Shown one piece after another: positions 9,810 to 20,955 of a DNA stretch of 38,649 nt (positions within the stretch are counted from its first letter, which is position 1; the number at the start of each line of letters is the position of its first letter). A model generated the notes under the pieces. That model searched no databases. It saw only the letters and a program-made list of their open reading frames with translations, and was not told where the DNA came from. Location: assembly GCA_002256025.1 (NCBI GenBank), contig NKIB01015041.1, positions 1 to 38,649 of the forward strand, written 5' to 3'. A program made the position numbers and the translations under genes. The stretch is from Asterionella formosa. Lineage: Eukaryota.

Positions 9810-10808
9810 ATGATGCATCCATCAAGTCGTTCGTCATTGTTATTTCACAAGAATAATCACAACATTCACGGATATTCTCGACCAGGTCGAAGCAAATGGC
9901 CCGTCATGTCACGACGAAACTTGGTACTAGGGTCACCACTTTTGATTCTCGTATTGTGGACCATGATGTTATTGCTCCTTCCTTCAAGGACCGTCCTCAT
10001 TGAGAAGCAACAACCACAACAGCAACAAGTAATGATGTCGAGGCGGATCATGTTGCGACCAAACAAACGAATTGTTGTGGTGCAACCTCAAGTATTGACA
10101 GAGCCGGCAAAAGTACTTGAGCCTATGCAACAACAGCAACATGACATTAGTATCCTACAACAAGGGAAAATACCGGTCTATTCTCCCATTGGAGACATTC
10201 ACGGGGTCTATAATCCCATTCCCATTACTAATTCAGTACAAACAGTTGAAAAACTTCCCGTTACTAATTCAGTACAAACAGTTGACACTCCCATTACTAA
10301 TTCAGTACAAACTGTCGACACTCCCATTACTAATTCAATACAAACTGTCGACACTCCCATTACTAATTCAGTCCTTGACGCAACAGTGGTTCGACCTCGT
10401 CCTCAACCACAACCACGAGGAGCTACAATTTACTACTACGATGCGGCAACGTTGTTGGGGGAATTACCAGACATTGTGTATGCTGTCAATGGGACAAGTG
10501 TGGATCTCAAGTCGTTGCATGGTGAAATTATCATGGAACCACCGTTGAATTTGAATAGCAAGCAACAACCATTATTTCCACCGCCTGCACAAGATGAATA
10601 CATTATAATATCGACAGTGGCAGTTATGGCATTGCTAGTGGGAGCTCTGTCAGCACGACGATTGAGATCCAAAAATTTATTATCCACTTGTATTGAAAAT
10701 GAATCATTGGAAGATGAATTGGCGTATGATACTGCCTATACTACTTCGGGAGGTAAGTATGATACCTTTGGACCGTGGAAAGGGGATTTAGAAAAGTTTG
10801 ATGTGTAA
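9810..10808 (+). CDS. Membrane protein with conserved cytosolic-type tail ending WKGDLEKFDV; candidate silicalemma-associated protein (SAP)-like
   Basis: N-terminal hydrophobic segment, low-complexity Q/P/T region with PITNSVQTVDT repeats, TM helix YIIISTVAVMALLVGALSA, basic RRLRSK, tail CIENESLEDELAYDTAYTTSGGKYDTFGPWKGDLEKFDV. The tail is shared with the gene at 19148-20062. The SAP assignment is from memory of the family architecture. Confidence 0.75.
   Translation: MMHPSSRSSLLFHKNNHNIHGYSRPGRSKWPVMSRRNLVLGSPLLILVLWTMMLLLLPSRTVLIEKQQPQQQQVMMSRRIMLRPNKRIVVVQPQVLTEPAKVLEPMQQQQHDISILQQGKIPVYSPIGDIHGVYNPIPITNSVQTVEKLPVTNSVQTVDTPITNSVQTVDTPITNSIQTVDTPITNSVLDATVVRPRPQPQPRGATIYYYDAATLLGELPDIVYAVNGTSVDLKSLHGEIIMEPPLNLNSKQQPLFPPPAQDEYIIISTVAVMALLVGALSARRLRSKNLLSTCIENESLEDELAYDTAYTTSGGKYDTFGPWKGDLEKFDV
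10221..10373 (+). repeat. Coding tandem repeat, 33-36-bp unit x ~4.5 (PITNSVQTVDT)
   Basis: cccattactaattcagtacaaac(a/t)gt(t/c)gacact repeated in frame. Confidence 0.95.
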
Positions 10809-11259
10809 CTGGGGGCAATTGTCATGGTAAATAACAAATAGCCATCTATATGACTGTGTCAATCTTATAAGTGGTGGTGTAGTTTAGAACTCCGCCTATA
10901 CCACTAGTATATAAATAGTTGCCGATTGAGGGTCTCGTGATCAAGGAATTTTCTATGTTGGTTTCAGCATGATTTGCACCCAGTAAATGCCACAATCAAA
11001 CAATCGTAGGAAGTTCTTCCCAGGGGGAATCATAGAAATTGAACTTTTGAATATATCATCAATAGTAATGGCTTTTGCATTTATTACTATTTTGCAGTTT
11101 GGCAGAAGCAGAGTGAAGACAGGTTGAAAAAATTCATCATCACCACCAATCAATTTAAAAGGAGGAGCTAATGCAATATAAAGTTGGCTCACAACTACTA
11201 CAGTACAACCACTGATTCTAGATGTACTTGATCTGTACTTCTTATTGAAAGTGCAATTT

Positions 11260-11343
11260 TAGCTTGCTCAAGCCAGTCTTACTATGTGAGTAGTAAGTAT
11301 TAGCTGGCTCAAGCCAGCCTTATGGCGTGAGAAGTAAGTATTA
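11260..11343. repeat. Imperfect ~41-bp tandem duplication
   Basis: tagcttgctcaagccagtcttactatgtgagtagtaagtat followed by tagctggctcaagccagccttatggcgtgagaagtaagtat. Confidence 0.8.
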
Positions 11344-13212
11344 TGTATGGATGTGCACATAGACATCAGGTGGTGCAAGCTTGTAGCCAGGTCCAATATT
11401 CCAAAAGCATTGTCCATGTTCCCAGTCAGTTCTGTTTGTCAACATTTGTTGTTTGCATTAGCTAATCCAATCTCATTCACAAAAAGCCTGTAACTACACC
11501 TTTGATTTTTCGCCCAATTTTTTCTTCTTTTGAATCTTTCATATTGTTTGTTTTGACTGAGGCTTAGCTACTAGCTAGAGTTACATCCAGTAGCCTCCTT
11601 TGTTCTACCTGTACTCAAAGTACACTAAGTAGAAGGGCTTGTAATTAACGGATTTTCCAGAACATTTCCAAAGACCTCAATGGCTGCGTCCTTGTTGTTG
11701 ATTTATATATTCATGGTTGTGTGTTGACTGCTAGTTCATAAGGGAAGCTCGTCAATTTCAATCAGTATCAAAATATTTCCTACACTCTCATCCTACTAGG
11801 GTCTCTCTCAATTAGGTCCTTAACACATGAGAAATAAACACGAATTGCTTAAACACTGTATAGTAGTATCACTGTTGGCTATGACCAATAAAACCCTTTT
11901 ACATTATGGTAATATTACTTCAAACTTAACACTAGTGTTCACATGAAACTCTGCCTTCTACCATTGCTTCTCTATCAATAATAGTAAAATAAAAGCCACA
12001 ATAACATTGAGGCTGCTTCTTTTGCATCTATTTGAAATTTCACGTTAAAAGTGGCCTGAACAATTCGGCTCATTCAATAATATTTATGGTAAAAATGTTT
12101 TTGATTCATTCTCAATTCAAACTGGTGAAACATTGTACAACACAAAAAGTTCAATGATGACAAAACGGCAGAGAAGTTCATAGAAAAGAGTCAGCTACTA
12201 GGCAGTACTGTTCAACTTTTTGGATATTCCTGCTTTTAAATATGGCTGAATATCAGGCAGATGATCGACATTTGCTACTATGTGTGCATCCGAGTTGCAT
12301 TGTATTAACAGGCAGCAGACAACACAAGACAACAAGTGATTTCACTGTTGGCCAATTCTGAGAATTAACTGTATTTTCTGATTAAACAATCAAAGAATCA
12401 TTGCATATCACTCACTATTAGAATGATGATAGTCTCCAAGAGCACCACACAGTATGAACAATTTCCTAGTCAACCACAATAGTAAAGAAGGATGAGAATT
12501 TTCATCATATTTGTTGTAAATGACGATTTAAAATAGACCAAAACCATCAATCATATAATGATATAAAATTACTTGCTCCAAAAACACATGCATGGGTGGT
12601 GTATGTTGCTGGTGCTGATCATGTCTTGTACTGATGACATACGCCGCAATTCTCTTAATATCAAAGCTAAATAAAAGGTAAGTGAGAATACTTCCACTTC
12701 CATTAATGACTCGAGCCAATTTTGGCCATCCACAGATATGATAGCGAATTTTTTTTCTCCCAAAAAACCATCCTTTCGCTCTGGACATGAGCAATGCATC
12801 ATCCAGCAGGCATTGTATCTTATCTGGAAAAATACATTACTGGCCATGATGCTGGCCATGATGCATTTTATGAATTGGTCATGTTGACAAGCAGACAGAT
12901 GAGGATGCCAGTGAAATGATGTCAGCATATCAATAGTTGACACAGTGGCTGAGGTTACCAGTGTAGAAGTCACATCAGGAAGCACAAAGCACATTGCTTT
13001 CCCAAACTTCGTTTCCATCAAAAGAGGGATGATCGATCAGAACGGTCATTTTCCAGTGCTCTGGCTACCCTACATGGATCCAAGACAAACAGATGCTTTA
13101 GTTTTGGTTAATTTATTTCTTATATCAAACATGTAATTGATTTCTTAAGTAATTCTCATCACCTCCAGTGAGAATGTTGCAAACAAGGATCCTGCAATTG
13201 AACATCAGAACT

Positions 13213-13356
13213 TCATTCTTCATCCTCATAGCCATGAAGTTCACAACAAGTACAATATTGAGCTCCAGTTCCACAATATCCCCATACTGAACAGCACAAT
13301 CCAGTTTGGGGACAAATGCCACTTCCACATTGACCCCCAACACATGGTACAACTGA
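13213..13356 (-). pseudogene. Third chitin-binding domain lying in frame beyond the LPMO TAA stop
   Basis: After CCA TAA the same frame reads SVVPCVGGQCGSGICPQTGLCCSVWGYCGTGAQYCTCCELHGYEDEE* (TGA at 13215-13213). Confidence 0.8.
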
Positions 13357-14944
13357 TTATGGAGCAGGTACTGGAGCAGCAGTATCACACCATGGCGATC
13401 CAGTTCCACAATAGCCCCAAGCGGAGCAACAGAGTGAAGCATTGGGACAAATACCATTTCCACGTAGACCAGACCCACAAGTGCCAACTACCACTGCAGG
13501 TACTTTTATTGGGGCAGTGGTTGGTACAGGGACAACAGTCACTTTCACTGTTGGAGCTGATGTTTTTTTTAGAGTGGGACTGGCTGTTGTTGAAGGAGGC
13601 CTTGGAGCTTGTGTGCTTGTAGGTTGGCTAGTTGCCAATACTGGAGCAGCAGTATCACACCATGGCGATCCAGTTCCACAATAGCCCCAAGCGGAGCAGC
13701 AGAGTGAAGCATTGGGACAAATACCATTTCCACGTAGACCAGACCCACAAGTGCCAACTACCACTGCAGGTGCTTTTGTTGGTGCAGTGGTTGGTACAGG
13801 GGCAACAGTCACTTTCACTGTTGGAGCTGATGTTTGTTTTAGAGTGGGACTGGCTGTTGTGGAAGGAGGCCTTGGAGCTTGTGTGGTTGTAGGTTGGCGA
13901 GTTGCCAATACTGGAGCAGGTGTCATTTTTACCGTTGGAGCCAGTGTTCTCATGATAGTGGGAGCAACTGTGGTAGTACGAGGTGTTGGAGCTTGTGTGG
14001 TAGGAGGCTGGCCAACATCAACAATTTTCACTTCAGCACAATTCCAGAACTGCTCAGCTCCACTGTAGGCTGGAGCAATGCATTTGGAAATAGATGAGTC
14101 CATGTTCCCCCAGCTTGCTGGCCAGTTGTACTGTTCATAACCCTCATAGTCACAGGAGTTTCCAGTCAAATACCACCACTGAATCAAGACTAAATCACCA
14201 ACAACATTGACCGGTAGTTTCATACGGTAACTGAACATGTTGTTCATTGGGTTTGATAGGGCAGGTGGGGCAATGTAAGCCCTATAAGGGTAGTTGATGT
14301 CTTTTGGAGACCCATACAGCAAGTCTTCTACAAATTCCATTGGATTTGCTCGAAAACATGCTTGAGAAGGACTTTCTCCAGCTGCGATAGGACAAGCATA
14401 AAACTCAAAGTGGCCTTTGTGGTGGGCAGTAATCTGTGTCATGTGGAGCAAAATCGAAAAGTGGAAGGAAAAGTACATTATGTTAATGAAATGAGCTGAC
14501 GAAAAGCCAGCACGACAGTGGTTAAATCTTCCCTACCTTGACTTCAACATTGATGGTTTGCCCTCTTGTGTATGTTGCTTGGATTTTTGGAGCCAAGATT
14601 CCCCCAGTGCTAGAGGATGGGAAATCATAGTTTCTGGAACCAACCTGGCCACACTGAGGTCCTGTTGTAGATTTTAGGTTGAAAGAAGGAAGATAGTGGT
14701 GAGTGGATGGATCGTCAGGATACATGAAAAGATGCGTGATTGAAGGTTTGCTCTTCTTACCAACTACATTTAAACTCTGAGGTTCGTATTCAATTGCTGG
14801 GTCAGTGGGACTTCCATTCCATGCTTGCTTTCCATCTACATTAGCAACATAGTTGCGTGAGCGAGGCGTTTGGAGATACCCATGGCCGTGAACTGAAACA
14901 ACAGACGTGAGTAGGAGAGCGACAGTCGTAAACGTCGTAAACAT
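13357..14944 (-). CDS. Lytic polysaccharide monooxygenase (AA15/AA10-like) with Pro/Thr linker and hevein-like (CBM18-type) chitin-binding domains; exons 14944-14761, 14661-14537, 14433-13357
   Basis: Signal peptide ending VSVHG followed by His1 (HGYLQTPRSRN); second brace His in ITAHHKGHFEF; QWWYLTGNSC; EQFWNCAEVKI. Two CGSGLRGNGICPNASLCCSAWGYCGTGSPWC domains. GT-AG introns at 14760-14662 (99 nt, in frame) and 14536-14434 (103 nt) join the frames correctly. Confidence 0.9.
13371..13910. repeat. Near-identical 270-bp tandem duplication (linker plus chitin-binding domain) in the LPMO gene
   Basis: ctggagcagcagtatcacaccatggcgatcc starts at both 13371 and 13641, and the two units differ at few positions. 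Confidence 0.95.
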
Positions 14945-15940
14945 TTGACGCTTTGGTGGGGATAGGAAAGGGTAGAGTATGTTTTGTTTTCTTGTTTTTG
15001 TTTTTGTGATGATATTTATTTGTTTTTAACCAGCATGAATCGGAGTGACAAGAAGCGGGATCTTCTGCCTCCTACACATGTACATTTTCAGACACCTTTT
15101 CAACAATGGATGTCCGCGAGACATCGGTTCGTATAATTCATTCAATCTTGTCAATTCTATTGTTTGTTGATGTTTAATTTGTCGCGGATTTAGGGAGTCA
15201 TTTATACCCGAATTGTCATAAGTAAAATATTGCAGTAGAGTCTAGCATTTGGAAAGCGGCATCCCAATTGTTGATTTGTTGCTTGGGTTTTTACCGGTCC
15301 CGGATTGTCATTAGCATTCATGTCTCGTTCTAGTATGATGGGGACGATAGTCTACTGGTTGGAGTACCCAATTAACCTTGTACTACCTGTCACGGAGTAG
15401 TACAGTAGGGAAACGACAATCAATGCCTCTTGAATGAGACAGCCGCTCATTTGTGGAAATTTGGCAAGACAGCTAAAATACCGGTACCGGCCGGCCGGTA
15501 TTTAGAACTCCGATTAGTAGTAACGGATATGTGCCCGGGCAACCTATTGATCATGATGTCTTGAATCATTCATGCTCAGGATACTTAATTAAGGACATGC
15601 ATTTTAGTGCAGGTGGCTATGCATGGGATAGTGAAACAACGTCAAACATAATGCCCATCGAGTTAAAATGACTGACTCTACCAACTACCGGTAACCCTGT
15701 TCCTCTGGCGTGGAATTTCAATGCAGAGCGAATTATCATACTGACACATCTACCGTAAATCCTGTGCTCCGGTCTTCCACCACCTTCCTGTCTCCTCAGG
15801 GTACATCTGGTGCTACACACCCAAATATTTTACATGTGCAGAAAAGAAAACATATTATATTTCCATTATGTATAAGATATTTTTTGCATTCGCCGGTATG
15901 ACTGGAATGACGATCAGGATACCTGTCACTCACCAGGGTC

Positions 15941-16399
15941 CCGGTAACCGAAAAATCACTCGTAGGTGCCATGTCGTATATTATTATTTAGCTTAAGTTA
16001 TGCGATTCTTTTATACACACAAAACACTGAAGTGAAGTCGTTATGTTCGGCTGTAGCATATTTTAAAACATCGTCAACGCCTTGACCATAACAAAAATAG
16101 CGAATGTCTACATGAAAATTGAGAACAACGCTTTCCAATTTGATCCGTATATCATACCCAACATTAAAAATACAATAGTAAAAGAATTATTATAATAACA
16201 CAAATATTAACGATATCGATAAACTCCAGCCAACCTCAAATGACCTTCACATCAAAAAGCTTTTGAATTGTTGGGTGCTGGAAAGAAACAGCTCCCAAAC
16301 ATGATAAATCATGGTAAGGAGTATCAAGCTTGAGTTGTGACCATGACTGCTGCATACAAGCTAAAATGAGTGCTACCTTGCATGATTTGTTATTACCGG
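15941..16399. mobile_element. Possible old ~460-bp non-autonomous TIR element
   Basis: Left ccggtaaccgaaaaatcactcgtaggtgcc...tttagctt versus reverse complement of right ccggtaataacaaatcatgcaaggtagcactcattttagctt; AT-rich non-coding interior. Confidence 0.3.
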
Positions 16400-16578
16400 T
16401 ATTAAGAAAATTTTATTGGTTGTTGCTTGGTTAAGTAGACTGGTTTCCATCTATCTCATTAGTGTAGAGGGGAAGATTTGTCATACTGTACATTTTCCAA
16501 CCAATTTATTAATTGAATTGAATTTTCCAAAGGTTTGCCATGGCATCCAAATTCCATCTGAAACAATGTATTTATTTA

Positions 16579-16673
16579 CTGGCAAGTTGCGGTAATGTTG
16601 CTCAAACTAAAGATTTTCTATCATTATCCCAGAATAAAATTTTTTTTCAAGCAAAATGACTGCAACTTGCAGG
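16579..16673. mobile_element. Second copy of the ~95-bp MITE, flanked by TA on both sides
   Basis: ta|ctggcaagttgcggtaatgttgct...agcaaaatgactgcaacttgcagg|ta, colinear with 1578-1673. Confidence 0.8.
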
Positions 16674-17195
16674 TACAAATCTCCTTTCAATCGCTCTGCC
16701 GTCCACGTAGTAGGAATATTTTGTACTTTGTATGTGGTATATATGCAATCCAGCAGAATTCATGTAGGAATATATCCGGTGACAAATCAAAGAGCAAGCA
16801 TCGATAGGAACACGTTTGCAACGGATACTGATCATGTGCGCGATATGGGCAACTCCTATTGTGTTTATAGATGTATATTTGATTTGGTAGGAACTTTTGT
16901 GCACCACGTGCGTTGATCCGTTGAAACGAGCGGAGGTCGCAGCTGACACAAAATCACTTGCTAACGGTATTTGGTTTATGTTGTCTAAAGATATATATAT
17001 ACAGATATGTTTAGTTATAATTTTCCCCTACAGCGCGCGATGCAAATGTTACCCCCAACCTACAAATACATATATACGTTCACACGCTGCTTGACCAAAA
17101 ATCTCCTCAAAGGAAGGCTCAACACATCAGTCATTTTATGATGTACAAATATATCATATATATATCTTGAATATTGTATTGTTGACATCATAACC

Positions 17196-18974
17196 ATGGC
17201 AGTTGATCTCAATCTAGTCCTTCCCGAATCGTCCGCTCTGATACATCACCCAGTCGGATACGGCACAACGTCCACTGATGACGAGGAGAAAGGAGACAAC
17301 AGCAGTAACAACAACACGCACGGCGATGGTGCTCTCAGTCATCACGGTGAGAAATGTCTTTCCATGATGTGTACGAAGCAATGAAGTTTCATGCTATTCC
17401 ATAGAAATGTGACTTGACGATCTGACATTCCGTATTCTGACATTCCATGCTAACGGATTAAAAAAATCCTTCACATTTTAGGAGCCAAGTCCATTGGCAT
17501 GCTAGGCTCCTTCGCCATTGCGGTCAACTCCTTGGCCGGACCCGCCATTCTTCAGCTCCCCGCAACATACCAAATGGCGGGTCTCATTCCCACAACACTG
17601 TGCTTGATTGCAGTGGGCGTGCTGTCCGCCTTTTGCAGTCTCCACATGGCTAATGTGGTTTCCAAGGTGCCAGGCAACGCCAACTTCGACCAGACCATTG
17701 AGTTTAGTGAGCCCTTTCGTATCTTTTGGGGACGAAGGGCCTTTCTAGTCACGCAGGTCATGTTCTTCTTTTGCACCGTGTGTTTGAATGTAGCGGCCAT
17801 TGTGGACACGGCGCAAGTGGTGGACACTTTCTTGGGACACTCACCATTCGGAAGTTTCGGACTCACGCCTCACAGCATAGAGCGGTGGGAGCATGGGCCG
17901 TGCACTCGCAAGGAGGTCAAATTGCATCAGTGTGACCCATTTGACGACGCGGGAGACTATATCCTCACGACGGGATATGTCATTGCAGCCTTGGTCTTTT
18001 TGCCCATTTCACTCATGGACCTGAAAGAAAATGCAGCATGGCAAATATTTGGTTTCATGGTGCTTCTAGTTACGTCTCTGGAATTTATTGTGAGCTTTTC
18101 ATTGTATGGGTTGGAATGGAGACATGTGCCCATGTGGGGAGGACAGTGGGATAGAATGTTGGGAGTCATTTTGTTCAACTTTAGTTTAGTTGTGGCGATT
18201 CCGGCATGGTTGCATGAAAAGAAGGAATCAGTGTCGGTTCCAAAAGGTACGTTTATGCATGCTAAATATTTCTGTAGGTTTTGTAATTCTATCTTGGATT
18301 CATCAATTATTCCCACCTAACTCAACCAAAATCATCAATACATTCACTAAGTGATTTATGGCTCGTCGGCATTATCAACTATTTTATACATTTTTGTTGG
18401 TGCATTTGGAGCATACGCCATTCCACAAGTCAACCCCAATGTATTGGAACCCATGGTGTCGGGGGCCTTTGGTGATTTAATGCGAATCGGAGCATCCATA
18501 TTTGCTTTCTTCATCATTGGACTTGACATTCCACTCTTTAGTGTACTCACCAGATACAATCTTGTCAATAGCGGACTGTGCTCGCCATGCTTGGCGAACC
18601 TACTTGTTGTATACATACCATGGGGACTCTCATGGATGTTCTATCAAGGCAATGATATTGCCACCTTGCTCTCTTGGGGTGGCGTGCTGTTTACTAGCTT
18701 TGTGGCATTTATCCTACCATTGGCATTGGCATTATATACACTCTACCAACATTCTACTATTTCTGCCGACGGATCCATTCGAGTTTATGGAAAATACTTA
18801 ACCAACAAGAAAGCAATGCAATGGTCCGTATGGGTATTACTAGTACTGGCAAGTATTGCTGTTGCTGTGGCCATTTGGGGCTTATCAGGACCACCGCCAC
18901 CTGTCAAATTTACAAATCCATTGACGGGAGAAGCCATGGATACGCCGCCTCCACTAACTGCTGCTGCACATTGA
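17196..18974 (+). CDS. Amino acid/auxin permease (Aa_trans) family transporter; exons 17196-17346, 17482-18246, 18352-18974
   Basis: SIGMLGSFAIAVNSLAGPAILQLPATYQMAGLIPT N-terminal signature and many TM helices. GT-AG introns at 17347-17481 and 18247-18351 (both phase 1) restore a single frame. Confidence 0.88.
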
Positions 18975-19147
18975 GAGTTTCGTAACTAGAAAGAGTTTAC
19001 ATGTATGTATTGTACAGTTGACCTTGTTTCACAAAACACATTGTATATTGTATTTTTTAAACTAAACGAGCAATGAAGACACAAATGTGAAGCAAAACAA
19101 TAATCACACATTGACAGACCTCCTTTCCCAGTCTCCACAAATCCTGT

Positions 19148-20062
19148 TCAAACATCAAATTTCTCAAAATCTCCACCCCACGATGCCATGCTCCCATACC
19201 CAACGTCCGAACTACCTGTGGACAATGTCGTGTATGCCATATCAAATGCCAAATCATCTTCCAAACGACGATCCCAAATTTCTTGCAGCGTATCTACTTG
19301 TTGGCGTTTCAATCTTGACGATACTCGCTTGGCAGCAATCATACCGGAAATGACACCACAAATGCTAATCATGCCAAGGAATGAAAACGTCAACGAGGTA
19401 GTAGGAGAAGTAGTAGTTGGCTTGTTGTCTGATGACGTCAATTGTCTAGGATTGATTGGATACACGTCTTGTAATGTTGCCGACATAAAAGCTGGAGTAA
19501 CAATCAAAGGTTCCTCCTCGTGTTGTTGTGATACTATGGTAGTTGCCATGAGCTCTCGTATATTTGTATCATCCTGTTCTTGTTGGACAATTGGTATCAA
19601 CCTTTCGTACTGTTCCATACTGGTGATACTGCTACTGCGACTCGTCACTGGAACTGTCAAATAGTCAACAGTCTCTCCTTCTTCTTTTGAAAGGAGGTAA
19701 TGATCCATACCATTGTGTTCATTAGGTATTGCTGTTGGTAACGTAGAATTACCAATCATTTCACCAATTCTAAAGACACGTTGGCGGGTCGAATCCATCA
19801 CGGCACTTATACCAGCATCCTTCCTACCCCCTGCAGCTGCAATAGTAGCAGTAGCAGCAGCAACAGTAGCAGTTACAGTTGTGATTGCATCCAGAGTTTC
19901 CACAGAATCAGATAAAAGTGCAACCACCATCATAATCACAGCCAAAGCAAAGGATAATGTAGCAACACTCAACAGACAATGGTGTTTAGGTCGTTCTGTA
20001 CGTCGACGTTGCTGTTGTCGTCGTCTTGAATGGTTTGAGAATAAGCCATCATATTCCATCAT
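19148..20062 (-). CDS. Second membrane protein of the EKFDV-tail family (SAP-like candidate)
   Basis: N-terminal basic plus hydrophobic segment, S/T-rich middle, TM LTFSFLGMISICGVISGMIAA, basic KRVSSRLKR, tail LEDDLAFDMAYTT...YGSMASWGGDFEKFDV. Confidence 0.75.
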   Translation of the reverse strand: MMEYDGLFSNHSRRRQQQRRRTERPKHHCLLSVATLSFALAVIMMVVALLSDSVETLDAITTVTATVAAATATIAAAGGRKDAGISAVMDSTRQRVFRIGEMIGNSTLPTAIPNEHNGMDHYLLSKEEGETVDYLTVPVTSRSSSITSMEQYERLIPIVQQEQDDTNIRELMATTIVSQQHEEEPLIVTPAFMSATLQDVYPINPRQLTSSDNKPTTTSPTTSLTFSFLGMISICGVISGMIAAKRVSSRLKRQQVDTLQEIWDRRLEDDLAFDMAYTTLSTGSSDVGYGSMASWGGDFEKFDV

Positions 20063-20955
20063 TTTTGATTTTTATAAATTAATACTATAGTTGGAAATTA
20101 TAGCTTTATAGAATAGTAGGATAGAATGTTTGAAATTTGTTGAAACCGACAGACGATTGTGGATTCGTTCTACTACAACTGTGAGTGAGTCTCAACTTGT
20201 ATGGGTTTCTTTTCGTGCGTGTATCGTGGTCCGTTTCTCTCTTCCCCATTTTCTACATTTCCAATCCCGCAACGATTCTCTTGTTGTGGTGTGGTAGGGA
20301 CAAGGAAAATGGAGTCAACCTCAAATTGTCCAATTTATTCATTTGCCCATACGCCTAGGTTTCGAAAGGGGTATATACCATACGTAGATATATACAATTT
20401 GTTGGATGGATGTTTCCACTATCATACCGGTAGTTAGTTATGTCTTTGACATTGAAACAGGCCATTTAAAAAAATGATTCGTTGAATGCCGCCCGGTCGA
20501 AAACGTAGTAATAGCAAAAATTGCCAATACAGGGACACAGGTACCTGTTACCAGGTACCACCTTCGTTTCATGTGTCGTATGTGTATGAAAACAATATAC
20601 CGGTACGTACGGTGATTTTGACGATCGAATCTTCCGGTTTGATAAACTGCCTCAATGTATAAAAGACAAATGAGAACCCGAATCTACCTGATGTTGATCT
20701 GGATAGAAAGCAATAATTGATTCGTGCAGGAAGCCAAGGAGTTTTATATTGCAACGATAATATCAACAAAGGTTTCAGAAATAAAAAGATATAAACAGCA
20801 TGGTCTCCTATAGTTGCAAAGTATTGGTAGACTAGGTACTGGTACCATGTACTATTTTGCATGAGCAAATCTATGATGCTAAAATGAAATCGAAGTAATA
20901 TTACATAGAATGGTGTGACAACTCATAAAGCAAAAAGCCAAAAAAGAGACGAACA

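Noticed and set aside
10221..10373. Regularly spaced 33-36-bp repeats as a CRISPR array
   Set aside because: There are no unique spacers, the units are in-frame coding repeats in a eukaryotic gene, and no cas genes are present.
12528..13136. 150-aa Cys/His/Met-rich ORF and neighbours
   Set aside because: The composition is what TG/CA enrichment from CpG decay produces, and no family motif was recognised.
14522..14944. 140-aa stand-alone ORF
   Set aside because: It is LPMO exon 1, an in-frame 99-nt intron and exon 2, not a separate gene.
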